NCBI GenBank assembly: GCA_964441935.1
Contig: CAYTXI010000001.1
Location: 1-52,389 of the forward strand
DNA length: 52,389 nucleotides
Source: an uncultured Bauldia sp.
GTDB lineage: Bacteria; Pseudomonadota; Alphaproteobacteria; Rhizobiales; Kaistiaceae
Direction: 5' to 3'
The translations under genes and the position numbers were made by a program. The first letter of the stretch is position 1, and each line of letters opens with the position of its first letter. A model generated the notes under the pieces. It ran no database searches and was not told the DNA's origin. It was given only the letters and a program-made list of their open reading frames with translations. Of the stretch, positions 1 through 9,932 are shown in pieces.

Positions 1-600
1 GGTGCCGGCAACCTGCTGGGCGAGGAGCAGTCCGGCCACATCCGCGAGGTCGGCTACGAGCTCTACCAGCAGATGCTGGAGGAGGCGGTCGCCACCCTCA
101 AGGCCGGCGGCAAGACCGTCGGCGATGGGCGTTGGTCGCCACAGATCACCGTCGGCATGGCGGTGATGATCCCGGAGAGTTACGTCGGCGATCTTCAGCT
201 GAGACTCGGCCTCTACAAACGCCTCGCCGAGCTCGACGAGCCGGCGGAGATCGAGGCCTTCGCCGCCGAGCTGATCGACCGCTTTGGGCCGCTACCGCAA
301 GAGGTCGAGCACCTCCTGCAGATCGTGAGCCTCAAGGGGCTCTGCCGCCGCGCCAACGTCGACCGCCTCGAGGCGGGGCCGAAAGGCGCGGCGATCGGCT
401 TCCGCGGCAACGTGTTTGCCGACCCCGCCGGTCTGATCGAGTGGATCGGCGGGCAGGGCTCCTTTGCCCGCATCAGGCCCGACCAGTCGGTCGTGCTGAT
501 CCGCGATTGGGACGACGAGACGAGCCGGCTCAAGGGCGCCGCCGGCGTCCTCGGCACGCTCGCGCGCCTGGCCGAGGCGGGCGAGAAAGAGGCCGCGTAA
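1..600 (+). CDS. mfd: Transcription-repair coupling factor Mfd, C-terminal fragment (5' end outside the window)
   Basis: Frame 1 is open from base 1. The translation GAGNLLGEEQSGHIREVGYELYQQMLEEAV...FGPLPQEVEHLL matches the conserved helicase-end/C-terminal region of Mfd. Stop at 598-600. Confidence 0.85.
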   Translation, partial: GAGNLLGEEQSGHIREVGYELYQQMLEEAVATLKAGGKTVGDGRWSPQITVGMAVMIPESYVGDLQLRLGLYKRLAELDEPAEIEAFAAELIDRFGPLPQEVEHLLQIVSLKGLCRRANVDRLEAGPKGAAIGFRGNVFADPAGLIEWIGGQGSFARIRPDQSVVLIRDWDDETSRLKGAAGVLGTLARLAEAGEKEAA

Positions 601-665
601 CGCGCCGTCAACCACGGTACCGCAGCGCACCAACGCGCCTCGCTTGATCGTGTTAGCATCGCCCA

Positions 666-1067
666 ATGTTTGCGCGATTGCTCATGATTTGTGCATGCGC
701 ATGGGCCGCCTCAGGCGCGAGCATCGTTGAGGCGGTCGACATACCGGAGCGCATCCGCCTGGACTGCTCCGGCACGCTCGCAACCTTCGGGGCCCGACAA
801 CAGGGGAGCGACATCACCGCGAGCGGCCTCGTCGATGTCGCTCGCGGCGCCGTGTACGGCTTCGGGCTCGGCGGTCAGCCGATCCGTTCCCTGAATACGG
901 AGCGCATCGCCTTCGGCGACACCGGTCGGTTCGGCGAACCGCGAATTGACGGCGCGATCGACCGGCAGACGTACGACACCCACATCGCGGTCCACGCCGC
1001 CCATCGCCAGGGCGACCCGCTGATGGTCATGCGTCTTGCTTGCCGGGTCGCCGCTCCGCCAATCTAG
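666..1067 (+). CDS. Hypothetical small secreted protein
   Basis: 133-aa ORF with an N-terminal hydrophobic signal-like segment MFARLLMICACAWAASGASI. I recognise no family. Coding status rests on the ORF and the signal peptide only. Confidence 0.4.
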   Translation: MFARLLMICACAWAASGASIVEAVDIPERIRLDCSGTLATFGARQQGSDITASGLVDVARGAVYGFGLGGQPIRSLNTERIAFGDTGRFGEPRIDGAIDRQTYDTHIAVHAAHRQGDPLMVMRLACRVAAPPI

Positions 1068-1152
1068 GTCGGCCGCGCGACGCCGACATTTTGACTAAAA
1101 TTTTAATCGCAAAGAAGAACGACCTTAACGGAGTCGTCGTAATCCATATTGC

Positions 1153-2907
1153 ATGGGTGCGCCGGTAGAACAGGAACCAAGCGACAAGGTCGTGCGTTTT
1201 CGGCAGAGCGCAGCGCTGCTCCGGCAACTTACCGAGCACGCGGCCGTCCCCACGTTTCTCGTCAACAACAACGGTGACGTGTTCTATGCCAACGCCGCCT
1301 TCTGCCGGCTCCTCGGTTACGAGCCCGACGAAGTCACCGGCCTCGGCATAGGCGACATCGTCTGCCGTAGCGACGCGACCGACGCCCGCGAGCAGGTCGC
1401 CCAGCTCGCCTCCGGCGAGATCGACGGTTACCGTGCCGAGCGGCGCTACCTGCGCAAGAGCGGCGGCACCGTCTGGGTCTCGGCGAACGCGTCGGTCCTG
1501 CGCGATGAACGCACCGGCAGGCCGCTCTACCTGATCGTCCAGGCCCTCGATATCGACCGCCAGAAGAAGGCAGAGGCCGCGCTTGTCGAAAGCGAAAGCC
1601 GCTGGAACTTCGCCCTGGAGAGCGCCCGCCAGGGGGTCTGGGATCATGACAACCGGAATCAACGGGCGTTCTTTTCGCGCGTGTGGCGCCAATTGCGCGG
1701 CTTCGACGCCGATGAAGAAGTCGACGGCTCCCCGGAGGGATGGATGCAGCGCGTTCATCCGGACGACCGCGAACGAATCCTGGACATCATTCGCCGTCAG
1801 GCCACCGGAGAGATTTCCGCCCACGAGTACGAGTATCGCGAACGCCACAAGGACGGCCACTGGATCTGGATCCTCAGTCGGGGAAAGGTGATCGAACGTG
1901 GGACCGACGGGCGTCCGCTACGCGTTCTGGGCACCGACACCGACATCACCCACCTGAAGGAGGTCGAGGCCGAACTCGCTGGGGAAAAGGAACGATTCCG
2001 TGTCGCCCTCGAATCCATCGGCGACGGCGTGGTATCCACCGACGCCGGCGGGCTGGTCACTTTCATGAATCCCATCGCCGAGCACCTGACCGGTTGGCGG
2101 GCCGCGGACGCCCGGGGCAAACCGCTCACCCAGGTGTTCACCGCCGTTGCCGATGACACCGGCGAGCCGGCGGCCGATCCCGTAGCCGCGTGCCTGGCGC
2201 GCGGGGATCTGTTCCGCCGCGAATCGGACGTGCTTTTGGTCAGTCGCACCGGCGAGCGCCACGACATCCGCGATTCGGCCGCACCGTTGAAGCGGGACGG
2301 TGAGGTCATCGGCGCCGTGCTGGTCTTCCACGACGTGACCGCGAGCCGCGCCCTGCAAAGGGAGCTCGCCCATTCAGCGATGCACGATCCCCTGACAGGT
2401 CTTCCCAACCGCGCCGCCTTCGATAGCGCACTGCAGAATGCCAGCGAACAGGCACGCCGCGAGTTGCGCGAGCATGCACTCTGCTTCCTCGACGTCGACC
2501 GGTTCAAGGCGGTCAACGATAGAGCCGGCCACGCCGCCGGCGACGAGTTGCTTCAAGAGATCGCCCGCGTCATTCGCCGAGGCTGCCGCGCCCACGACAT
2601 CGCCGCCCGCATCGGCGGCGACGAGTTTGCACTGCTTCTTCCCGACTGTTCGTTGATTGGCGGTCGCAGGGTCGCCGAAGGCATCATCGAGGCGATCGCC
2701 TCCCTGCGCTTCTCGCGGTACGACAAGACCCACGAGATCGGCGCCAGCGTCGGCATCACCCCCATCACCAGCACGTCGCCGAGCCCCGAGACCCTGATGA
2801 GCCAGGCGGATGCGGCCTGCTATGCCGCCAAGGAAAAGGGGCGAAACCAGGTGGCCCTGTACGACGAGAACACCGACGCCAGCGAGCGCGTCGACCTGAT
2901 CGCCTAG
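1153..2907 (+). CDS. Multi-PAS/PAC sensor diguanylate cyclase (GGDEF domain)
   Basis: 584 aa with repeated PAS/PAC-like segments (e.g. YRERHKDGHWIWILSRG) and a C-terminal GGDEF domain with an intact RIGGDEFALLL active-site motif. An AT-rich promoter-like region lies at 1080-1150. Confidence 0.9.
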   Translation: MGAPVEQEPSDKVVRFRQSAALLRQLTEHAAVPTFLVNNNGDVFYANAAFCRLLGYEPDEVTGLGIGDIVCRSDATDAREQVAQLASGEIDGYRAERRYLRKSGGTVWVSANASVLRDERTGRPLYLIVQALDIDRQKKAEAALVESESRWNFALESARQGVWDHDNRNQRAFFSRVWRQLRGFDADEEVDGSPEGWMQRVHPDDRERILDIIRRQATGEISAHEYEYRERHKDGHWIWILSRGKVIERGTDGRPLRVLGTDTDITHLKEVEAELAGEKERFRVALESIGDGVVSTDAGGLVTFMNPIAEHLTGWRAADARGKPLTQVFTAVADDTGEPAADPVAACLARGDLFRRESDVLLVSRTGERHDIRDSAAPLKRDGEVIGAVLVFHDVTASRALQRELAHSAMHDPLTGLPNRAAFDSALQNASEQARRELREHALCFLDVDRFKAVNDRAGHAAGDELLQEIARVIRRGCRAHDIAARIGGDEFALLLPDCSLIGGRRVAEGIIEAIASLRFSRYDKTHEIGASVGITPITSTSPSPETLMSQADAACYAAKEKGRNQVALYDENTDASERVDLIA

Positions 2908-2937
2908 CTGCGTCGCACGATCTATCGCACGATCTAG

Positions 2938-3597
2938 CTAGGCGCCGGGCGCCGGCAGCGCTGCTGCGGCTTGAGCGATGGCTTCGGCCAGCATCTCCGG
3001 CGGGTGGGCACCCATCACCGCATAGCGGTGCTCGATGATGAAGCAGGGGACGCCGGTTACGCCCATGCGAAAGGCGTCCTCGACCTCGCCGACGACCTCG
3101 CCGCGATCTTCGTCGCTGGCCAGCCGCGCCGCCACTTCGCCCTCGTCGAGCCCGCTTTCACCGGCGATGGCGACGAGCACGTCGCTCTCCCCGATGTCGC
3201 GCCCGTGGGTGAAATAGGCGGCGAACAGGCGTTCGACCACGAGGTCTTGCAGGCCCTCCGGCGCCGCCCAACGCACCAGTCGATGCGCGTCGACCGTATT
3301 AGGCGAACGCGTGATCCGCTCGAAGCGATAATCGATGCCCTCCTCGCGGCCCTGGTCGGTCAGCCGCTGGTGGATGTCGGCGACGGCTTCAAGACTGCCG
3401 AACTTGCGCGTGAGATAGTCGTCGCGATCGATGCCCTCGGGCGGAATCGTCGGGTCGAGCTGAAACGGCCGCCAACGGACCATCACGACAACCTCGGGCA
3501 TGAGGTCGAGGGCGCGCGCCAGCCGTCGCTTGCCAAGGTAGCACCACGGGCAGACAACGTCCGAGATGACGTCGATATCGAGGGTGGCCGCAGTCAC
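2938..3597 (-). CDS. DsbA/FrnE-family thiol:disulfide oxidoreductase (2-hydroxychromene-2-carboxylate isomerase-like)
   Basis: Thioredoxin-fold CxxC motif in DVISDVVCPWCYLGKRRL. I place the start at GTG 3597, which overlaps the upstream gene's stop (GTGA, 3594-3597). The track ORF extends to 3681 but would overlap the SBP gene. Confidence 0.75.
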   Translation of the reverse strand: MTAATLDIDVISDVVCPWCYLGKRRLARALDLMPEVVVMVRWRPFQLDPTIPPEGIDRDDYLTRKFGSLEAVADIHQRLTDQGREEGIDYRFERITRSPNTVDAHRLVRWAAPEGLQDLVVERLFAAYFTHGRDIGESDVLVAIAGESGLDEGEVAARLASDEDRGEVVGEVEDAFRMGVTGVPCFIIEHRYAVMGAHPPEMLAEAIAQAAAALPAPGA

Positions 3598-5423
3598 TCC
3601 GCCGCCCACCAGGTCGACGGAACCACGCCATAGAGCGACGGTGTCGCCGGCATCTCGATATTGGTCCAGCGGGCAATCCATTGCGCCGGCGCATGGAACA
3701 GTGGGATGACGTAGAACCCGGATATCAGGACACGATCGAGCGCCCTGACCGCGGTGACGAAATCCTCCTGGGATCTGGCAGTGAGCATCGCATCGATCAT
3801 CGCCTTCACCGCCGGACTGTCGACTCCGGCGAAATTCAGCCGACCCTCAGGATCCCCCCAGCGACCGACCTGCTCGTTTCCCGGCGACAGCGATGCCCCG
3901 TAGCGCCACTGGATCATGTCGTAGTCGCGCTCCGGCGACAGGGTGCGCTCCCAGTACTGGGCAGCGTCGACGGAGCGAACCGCCATGTCGAGGCCGACGA
4001 GCGCCAGCGCCCGCTGCAAGGCCAACGCCAGCCGCTCCTGCTCCTTGTCCACCGCGGCGAACTCGAACGCGAACGGCCGGCCGGTGGCGGCGTCGACCAG
4101 TTTGCCGTCCCGCTCCTCGAAGCCGGCCTCCATCAAAAGGTCGAGGCCTTTCTTCAGGTTGACGCGGTCACGTCCGCTGCCGTCGCTGACCGGCGGCGCG
4201 TAAATTCCATCCATGACGTCGGCGCGCACGGCATCGGGGAATGGCGCCAGCAGTGCCTTCTCCGCGGCGCTCGCCGGCCGGCCAAGGGCCGAGAGCTCCG
4301 AGCCCTCGAAATAACTGCCGGTGCGCGCGTAGGCGCCACCGTAGAGGTTGCGATTGATCCATTCGAAGTCGAGGAAATAGGTCAGCGCTTCCCGCACCCG
4401 GATGTCGTCGAACGGCGGCCGCCGCATGTTGAACACGAACCCGTTCATGCCGTCCGGCACGCCGGTCGGCACCGCGGCCTTCACCACCTTGCCCTGGTTG
4501 GCCGCGGGAAAATTGTACCCGCCGGTCCAACGTCCCGGATCGTTCTCCACGGTCACGTTAAGGATGCCTTTGGTGAAGGCCTCGAACAGAGACGTGTCGT
4601 TGCGGATGTACTCGATGCGGATCTCATCGAAGTTGTCGAACCCGCGCTTCTGCGGCAGGTCCTTCGCCCAGTAGTCGGGATTGCGCTTGAGCGTTACCAT
4701 GGTGCCGGGATGGACGTCGGCGATCGTGTACGGCCCGCTTCCGATCGGCGGTTCGAACCCCGTTTCGCCGAACGCCTCCGGGTCGGTCGCATGCTTGGGG
4801 AGTACCGGCAGTAGACCGGCAAGCAGCGGCATCTCCCGGTCCCACGTGTCGCCGAACACGAAACGCACCCTGCCGCCCGATTTCTCTTCCAGGTGGTCGA
4901 CGTTCTTGTACCAGGAGCGCGGCTGGCCCTTCTCTTTCAGAAGCTCGAACGTGAACACGACGTCGGCGGTGGTCACCGGCTCGCCGTCCGAAAAGCGGGC
5001 GGCCGGGTTGAGGGTAAACTCGACCCACGAGCGATCGTCCGGCACCTCGACGAATTGGGCGACGTGGCCATAGAGCGTGAACGGCTCGTCCCAGTTCCTG
5101 ACCATCAGGCTGTCCCAAACGTTGTTCGGCCAGAACGAGCCGCGTGCCCACAGCCCGTCGGGCACCGCGCCCTTGACGATGAACGGGTTCAGGCTGTCGA
5201 AGGCGCCCAGACCGCCGAAGGCGATCGACCCGCCCTTGGGCGCGTCCGGGTTGGCGTAGGGGATGTGATCGAAATCCGCCGGCAATTTTGGCTGGCCGTG
5301 CATGGCGATGCCGTGCATCGGCGCGGCGGCGGCGATTTGTGGGATCAGCCCGAGGGCACAGGTAGCAGCGATCGCTGCGGCAATCGGACGCTTGAGCGAA
5401 AGGGCGATGATCGTCGCTGACAT
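3594..5423 (-). CDS. ABC transporter substrate-binding protein, family 5 (peptide/nickel/opine type)
   Basis: About 609 aa from ATG 5423, beginning with a signal peptide (MSATIIALSLKRPIAAAIAATCALGLIPQIAAAAP). Family-5 SBP-like sequence follows throughout (FTLYGHVAQFVEV..., NPDYWAKDLP...). The upstream part of the 677-aa track ORF looks non-coding. Confidence 0.85.
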   Translation of the reverse strand: MSATIIALSLKRPIAAAIAATCALGLIPQIAAAAPMHGIAMHGQPKLPADFDHIPYANPDAPKGGSIAFGGLGAFDSLNPFIVKGAVPDGLWARGSFWPNNVWDSLMVRNWDEPFTLYGHVAQFVEVPDDRSWVEFTLNPAARFSDGEPVTTADVVFTFELLKEKGQPRSWYKNVDHLEEKSGGRVRFVFGDTWDREMPLLAGLLPVLPKHATDPEAFGETGFEPPIGSGPYTIADVHPGTMVTLKRNPDYWAKDLPQKRGFDNFDEIRIEYIRNDTSLFEAFTKGILNVTVENDPGRWTGGYNFPAANQGKVVKAAVPTGVPDGMNGFVFNMRRPPFDDIRVREALTYFLDFEWINRNLYGGAYARTGSYFEGSELSALGRPASAAEKALLAPFPDAVRADVMDGIYAPPVSDGSGRDRVNLKKGLDLLMEAGFEERDGKLVDAATGRPFAFEFAAVDKEQERLALALQRALALVGLDMAVRSVDAAQYWERTLSPERDYDMIQWRYGASLSPGNEQVGRWGDPEGRLNFAGVDSPAVKAMIDAMLTARSQEDFVTAVRALDRVLISGFYVIPLFHAPAQWIARWTNIEMPATPSLYGVVPSTWWAAE

Positions 5424-5668
5424 GGGCGGGCTCGCGCTGGCGGTCCTGGGATCGGCGTCGGCCGGCGGCCAACCTAGCATATCGGTCCCTGGCGCGGCGG
5501 GCGATGCTAGGCAAGACGCTGGAAATCGGGCGTCGGTCGGGCTAAGGATGCGGGCGTGCCGGCCACCCTCTCGCCGCATTTGACGGTCAAGCCGGCGCCA
5601 AATTAGGGCCGATAGTTCCGTTTTCACGGCCGGTGACGCGGCGGGAGTTCAGTCAGGGAAGACGCTTG

Positions 5669-6304
5669 ATGGTTGAGCTTGGATTACAACGTGCGGTGCG
5701 GGTGTGCCAGCCGGCGGCGCTTGCCGCGGCGCTGGTGCTGCCCTCGGCGGCGCTCGCCCAGGATGTGGCGCCGCCGGACCAATCGCAGTGGGTCAAGATC
5801 TGCAGCGAGGATCCCAACACCAACAAACGCCTTTGCTTGGTGACCCAGGAACTGCATGCCGATACCGGCCAGTTCATCGCCTCGGCGACGCTTCGTCAGT
5901 TCGCCGGCGAGGACAAGACGACGTTCATTGCCGCGGTCCCGCCCGGCATGCTGCTCCAGCCGGGGCTCCGCGCGCAGGTCGACGACGGCAAGCAGTACGA
6001 GATCAAGTACAGCATCTGCTTCCCCAACGCCTGCTACGCGGACGTTGAAGTCGACAATGATTTCATCGACGCGATGAAAGCCGGCGGACAACTGATGATC
6101 ACGGCGCTCAACCAGCAGGCCAAGGGTATTTCTTTCCCGCTCACGCTGGTCGGTTTCACCAAGACATTCGAAAGCGAGGGCGTCGATCCGACCGCCGGTC
6201 GCGCCCAACTCGAGGACCTTACCAAGAGCCTCAAAGCGCACGCCGACGAAGCGCGCCAGAAGCTGATCGAGCAGCAACAGAAGAGCGCCGGCCAGTCCAA
6301 CTAA
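5669..6304 (+). CDS. Invasion-associated locus B (IalB) family periplasmic protein
   Basis: Signal peptide (AALAAALVLPSAALAQD) followed by the IalB-like core QWVKICSEDPNTNKRLCLVTQEL...CFPNACYADV. The start could be 5633 or 5669. Confidence 0.75.
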   Translation: MVELGLQRAVRVCQPAALAAALVLPSAALAQDVAPPDQSQWVKICSEDPNTNKRLCLVTQELHADTGQFIASATLRQFAGEDKTTFIAAVPPGMLLQPGLRAQVDDGKQYEIKYSICFPNACYADVEVDNDFIDAMKAGGQLMITALNQQAKGISFPLTLVGFTKTFESEGVDPTAGRAQLEDLTKSLKAHADEARQKLIEQQQKSAGQSN

Positions 6305-6370
6305 CCGCCGCGCTGCGGTCCCGGCGCGAGCGAACGTGAGGCCGGGCCGGCGGCACGGCCTGTCCCCGAT

Positions 6371-6703
6371 TCAGTGGAGATCGCGCTCGCGCATCACGTA
6401 AACGTCGCCGTCGCGCCCGCTGAAGACCTTGTCGATCTCCGGATGGCGCAGCGGTTCCGCCGATTCATCGGGCATCAGGTTCTGCTCGGACACGTAGGCG
6501 ATATACTCGCTCTCGGCGTTCTCAGCGAGCATGTGGTAGTACGGCTGGTCCTTGGCCGGCCGCACGTCTTCCGGGATCGCCAACCACCACTCCTCGGTGT
6601 TGTCGAACACGGGATCGACGTCGAAGATGACGCCGCGAAACGGGTAGAGGCGGTGCCTGACGACTTGTCCGATAACGAACCGCGCGGTGCGCAACTTGTC
6701 CAT
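6371..6703 (-). CDS. hspQ: Heat-shock protein HspQ / hemimethylated-DNA-binding YccV-like protein
   Basis: MDKLRTARFVIGQVVRHRLYPFRGVIFDVDPVF...PYYHMLAENAESEYIAYVSEQNL is the characteristic HspQ/YccV sequence. ATG at 6703. Confidence 0.8.
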   Translation of the reverse strand: MDKLRTARFVIGQVVRHRLYPFRGVIFDVDPVFDNTEEWWLAIPEDVRPAKDQPYYHMLAENAESEYIAYVSEQNLMPDESAEPLRHPEIDKVFSGRDGDVYVMRERDLH

Positions 6704-6888
6704 GGTTAGTACCAAGGGACTCGGATACCGATTGGACGCTGTAAGGGCACGTCCGCGCGGCGAAGTCAAACGGGAGGGGTCCCGCAATTGACCCCATTCG
6801 GCGAAACCGTTAGGCAGCCGGAGCGGCGAGCGGGGGCGTTCGCTTCTGTGCGCCCTCGCGGTCGATCCGCTGCGGGCGGTAGCACCGG

Positions 6889-7854
6889 ATGCTGAGCGAT
6901 ATCGTCAGCCTCATCCTGCCCTTCTTCGGGTTGATCTTCCTGGGCTACGCTGCCGGTCGCTGGCGCGGCATCGGCGATACCGGGCTCGCCGGCCTCCATT
7001 TCTTCGTTTTCTACGTGGCCTTGCCGGCGCTGTTTTTTCAGATCATCGCCACGACGCCGCCGACCGACGTGGTGATCTGGTCCTTCGTCTTGACCACGAC
7101 GTTTTCGACCTACTGCGCGTTCGCTGTCGCCTTTTCGTTCGGCGCGTTGGCCAACCGCGGCAACATCTCCGAGGCGACGATCCAGGGCCTTGTCGGCTCG
7201 TACGCCAACGTCGGCTACATGGCGCCGGCACTGGTGATCGCCGCGTTCAGCCCGGCGGCGGCTGTGCCGACCGCGCTTATCTTCTCGTTCGACACGGCGA
7301 TGCTGCTGACCTTGACGCCACTGATGATGGCGCTCGGCGGCGCCGTGCGCGCCAGCCCCGCCGGACTGGTCGAGGTCATCGCGCGCCAAGTGTTGCTCCA
7401 CCCTTTCATCATTGCCACGGTCCTCGGTTTTCTCGCGCTCGGCACCGGCACATCGATTCCAGCACCGATCGATGCGCTGCTGACGCTGCTGCGCAACGCC
7501 GCCGCGCCCGCCGCGCTGTTCGCGCTCGGCATCGCGCTCGCGCGGCGGCCGCTCGGCAAGGTGCCGGGGGAGTTGCCGGTGCTGATCGGCGTCAAGCTGA
7601 TCGGCCATCCGATGATCGTTTATTTGCTCTTGAGCTGGGTCGGCGGCTTCGATCCGCTGTGGGTCCACACCGCGGTTCTGGTCTCCGCGTTGCCGCCGGC
7701 GACCAACGCCGTCGCGCTCGCCCGACGCTACAACACGTACGACAAGCGCGCCGCGAGCGCTGTCGTCCTGACCACCGTCGTCTCCATCGCGACGGTCACC
7801 GTCGTCCTTATCCTGCTGCTTTCCGACAGCCTGCCGCTCGACCCCTTCCGCTGA
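6889..7854 (+). CDS. AEC (auxin efflux carrier) family permease
   Basis: 321-aa polytopic membrane protein, about 10 hydrophobic segments. The N-terminus ILPFFGLIFLGYAAGR is typical of the AEC/MdcF-like family. Confidence 0.85.
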   Translation: MLSDIVSLILPFFGLIFLGYAAGRWRGIGDTGLAGLHFFVFYVALPALFFQIIATTPPTDVVIWSFVLTTTFSTYCAFAVAFSFGALANRGNISEATIQGLVGSYANVGYMAPALVIAAFSPAAAVPTALIFSFDTAMLLTLTPLMMALGGAVRASPAGLVEVIARQVLLHPFIIATVLGFLALGTGTSIPAPIDALLTLLRNAAAPAALFALGIALARRPLGKVPGELPVLIGVKLIGHPMIVYLLLSWVGGFDPLWVHTAVLVSALPPATNAVALARRYNTYDKRAASAVVLTTVVSIATVTVVLILLLSDSLPLDPFR

Positions 7855-7861
7855 GCGGGCC

Positions 7862-9064
7862 CTAGCCGGCGGCGAGGCCCTGGCGCATGGCGAGCCGCTT
7901 CAGTGCTGGAACGCGGTCGACGAGGAACAAGCCGAGGCCGCGCAGGCCCTGCACTGGCAGGAAGTCGGACAACAGCGTCCGGTTGAGGGCGTCGACGGCG
8001 GCGGTTCGCGTCACCACGTCGGTGCGTCTGGCGCGGTCGTAGGCAGCGCACGCGCCGTCGGCGCCGGGATCGTTCAGCGGACCGGCGAGAACTTCGGCGA
8101 GAGCGGCGACGTCGCGGTAGCCGAGGTTGAGGCCCTGCGCTCCGATCGGCGGGAAAAGATGGGCGGCCTCGCCGACGAGCATCACCCGGCCGGCGGCGAA
8201 ACGACGCGCGCTCATGCCGGCAAGCGGGAAGGCCTGTCGGCCGCCGTCGACGGTGATGCCCCCGAGGATTGCAGCCGATCGCTCTTCGATTTCGGCAGCG
8301 AGGGTTCCGTCGTCGCTGCCGAGGCGTCGGCTGGTCTCGTCCGGTCGATCGACCCAAACCAGGCTCGACCGTTTGCCGGTGAGCGGAACCAGCGTGAACG
8401 GGCCGGTCTCGGTGTGGAACTCAGTCGAGGTGTCGTCGTGCGGAAGCGTGTGGCAGATGTTGCAGACCAAGGCCGACTGATCGTAGCGCCAGGTGTTGGT
8501 TGCAATCCCGGCGGCCGCGCGCATCCGCGAGCGATTCCCGTCGGCGGCGACCACCAGCCGCGTCGTCACGTCGTCCCCGTTCGACAACCCCACCGCGATG
8601 TCCTCAGCGCCGACGCGAGCCGTCTCAGCGAGCGCATCGACGCGTCGGATGCCGGCTTCGGCGACCGCCGCTTCCAGTGCTGCGATCAGCGTGCTGTTGG
8701 GAACGTTGTAGCCGAACGCGTCGCGGCCGATTTCCTTCGCCCGGAAGGTGACCTCTGGCGCGCGGATGAGGCGGTGTGTCGCATCGACGATCCGGAGCGT
8801 CCTCAGCGACGCGGCCTCCTCAGAGATGCCGGGCCAGACGCCGACGCGCTGGAGGAGGACGATCGATCCGGCGAGCAGCGCGGAGGTGCGTTCGTCCGCC
8901 GGAGCCCGCGGCCCGACCAGGACGACGTCGTATCCACCGTCTGCCAGGATCAGTGCTGCGGCAAGACCGACCGGCCCAGCGCCGACGACGGCGACCGTCG
9001 CCGACCGCCGAGCAGTCCCGGCTACATCGCCGTTACGTTGGCGGCCTCTTGTATTCGCGACCAT
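7862..9064 (-). CDS. FAD-dependent monooxygenase, UbiH/UbiF/VisC/COQ6 family
   Basis: Rossmann motif VAVVGAGPVGLAAAL near the N-terminus; LVGEAAHLFPPIGAQGLNLGYRDV is the signature of ubiquinone-biosynthesis hydroxylases. Start ATG 9064 overlaps the upstream YeeE-like gene by 43 nt. The track ORF's N-terminal 98 aa are Arg/Pro shadow. Confidence 0.85.
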   Translation of the reverse strand: MVANTRGRQRNGDVAGTARRSATVAVVGAGPVGLAAALILADGGYDVVLVGPRAPADERTSALLAGSIVLLQRVGVWPGISEEAASLRTLRIVDATHRLIRAPEVTFRAKEIGRDAFGYNVPNSTLIAALEAAVAEAGIRRVDALAETARVGAEDIAVGLSNGDDVTTRLVVAADGNRSRMRAAAGIATNTWRYDQSALVCNICHTLPHDDTSTEFHTETGPFTLVPLTGKRSSLVWVDRPDETSRRLGSDDGTLAAEIEERSAAILGGITVDGGRQAFPLAGMSARRFAAGRVMLVGEAAHLFPPIGAQGLNLGYRDVAALAEVLAGPLNDPGADGACAAYDRARRTDVVTRTAAVDALNRTLLSDFLPVQGLRGLGLFLVDRVPALKRLAMRQGLAAG

Positions 9065-9495
9065 TCCGCAACCTGCCCGGCGCCCCACGATCCGACTAGC
9101 ATGGCGAGCACGAACAGGAAAACGTCGCCGGGGACAAGGCCTAGGTCGGCAACGGCCGGGCCGGGGCAAAAACCGGACAGGCCCCAGCCGAGCCCGAAGA
9201 TGGCCGCGCCAACGACCAGTGGCCGGTCGATGCGGGCGTGATTGGTGCTGATGAACTTTGGTGCCGCCAGCGGCGCGCGCAGCCACCGGTCGAGGCGAAG
9301 GCCGGCCAGGCCGACCAGCACCCCGCCGCCCATGACGAAAGCGAGGCTTGGGTCCCACCCACCCGACGGGATCGCGGCGACGTCGAGGAAGTCCTTAATC
9401 TTCTGGGGGTCGGTCATACGCGCGAGCGCCAGACCAATGCCGAATACGACACCGCTGACGAGCGCGGCGGCGAGCGACAGGAGCGAGCGGTTCAT
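9022..9495 (-). CDS. YeeE/YedE-family sulfur-transport membrane protein, second half-size paralogue
   Basis: 157 aa from MNRSLLSLAAALVSGVVFGIGLAL with a GLSGFCPGP motif. Its ATG overlaps the stop of the upstream paralogue (ATGA at 9492-9495). Confidence 0.75.
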   Translation of the reverse strand: MNRSLLSLAAALVSGVVFGIGLALARMTDPQKIKDFLDVAAIPSGGWDPSLAFVMGGGVLVGLAGLRLDRWLRAPLAAPKFISTNHARIDRPLVVGAAIFGLGWGLSGFCPGPAVADLGLVPGDVFLFVLAMLVGSWGAGQVAEWSRIQEAANVTAM

Positions 9496-9932
9496 CCGAC
9501 CACGTGCCTCACGACGAACACGGTGACCATCGCCGTCGCCATGAACGTGCCGACGGCAACGAACGAGCGCGGCGACAGACGCGACAGCCCACAGATGCCG
9601 TGACCGGAGGTGCAGCCGCGGCCGACCCGCGTTCCGATGCCGACGAGCAGGCCGGACGCCACCAACGCGACCGGCGTCATAACGATCTCCGGCAGTGTCC
9701 TCGGAATTTCCGGCAGGATCGAAGGGCCCAGGTTGAAGCCGACAAGCGCGCCGATCGGCAATCCGATCAGGAAGACGACGCGCCACAACGTGTCGCCGGC
9801 GCGCAGCGGGTAGACGCCGCCGGCGATGTTGGAGATGCCGGCCGTGCGCCCGTTGACCACCCACAACAGCGTCGTCGCGAGCCCGATGAGGACTCCGCCA
9901 ATGGTCGCGGAAAGGGGAGTGAAGTTTTCCAT
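9492..9932 (-). CDS. YeeE/YedE-family sulfur-transport membrane protein, first half-size paralogue
   Basis: 146 aa from MENFTPLSATIGGVLIGLATTLLW with the conserved RVGRGCTSGHGICG motif. Translationally coupled to the next gene. Confidence 0.75.
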   Translation of the reverse strand: MENFTPLSATIGGVLIGLATTLLWVVNGRTAGISNIAGGVYPLRAGDTLWRVVFLIGLPIGALVGFNLGPSILPEIPRTLPEIVMTPVALVASGLLVGIGTRVGRGCTSGHGICGLSRLSPRSFVAVGTFMATAMVTVFVVRHVVG

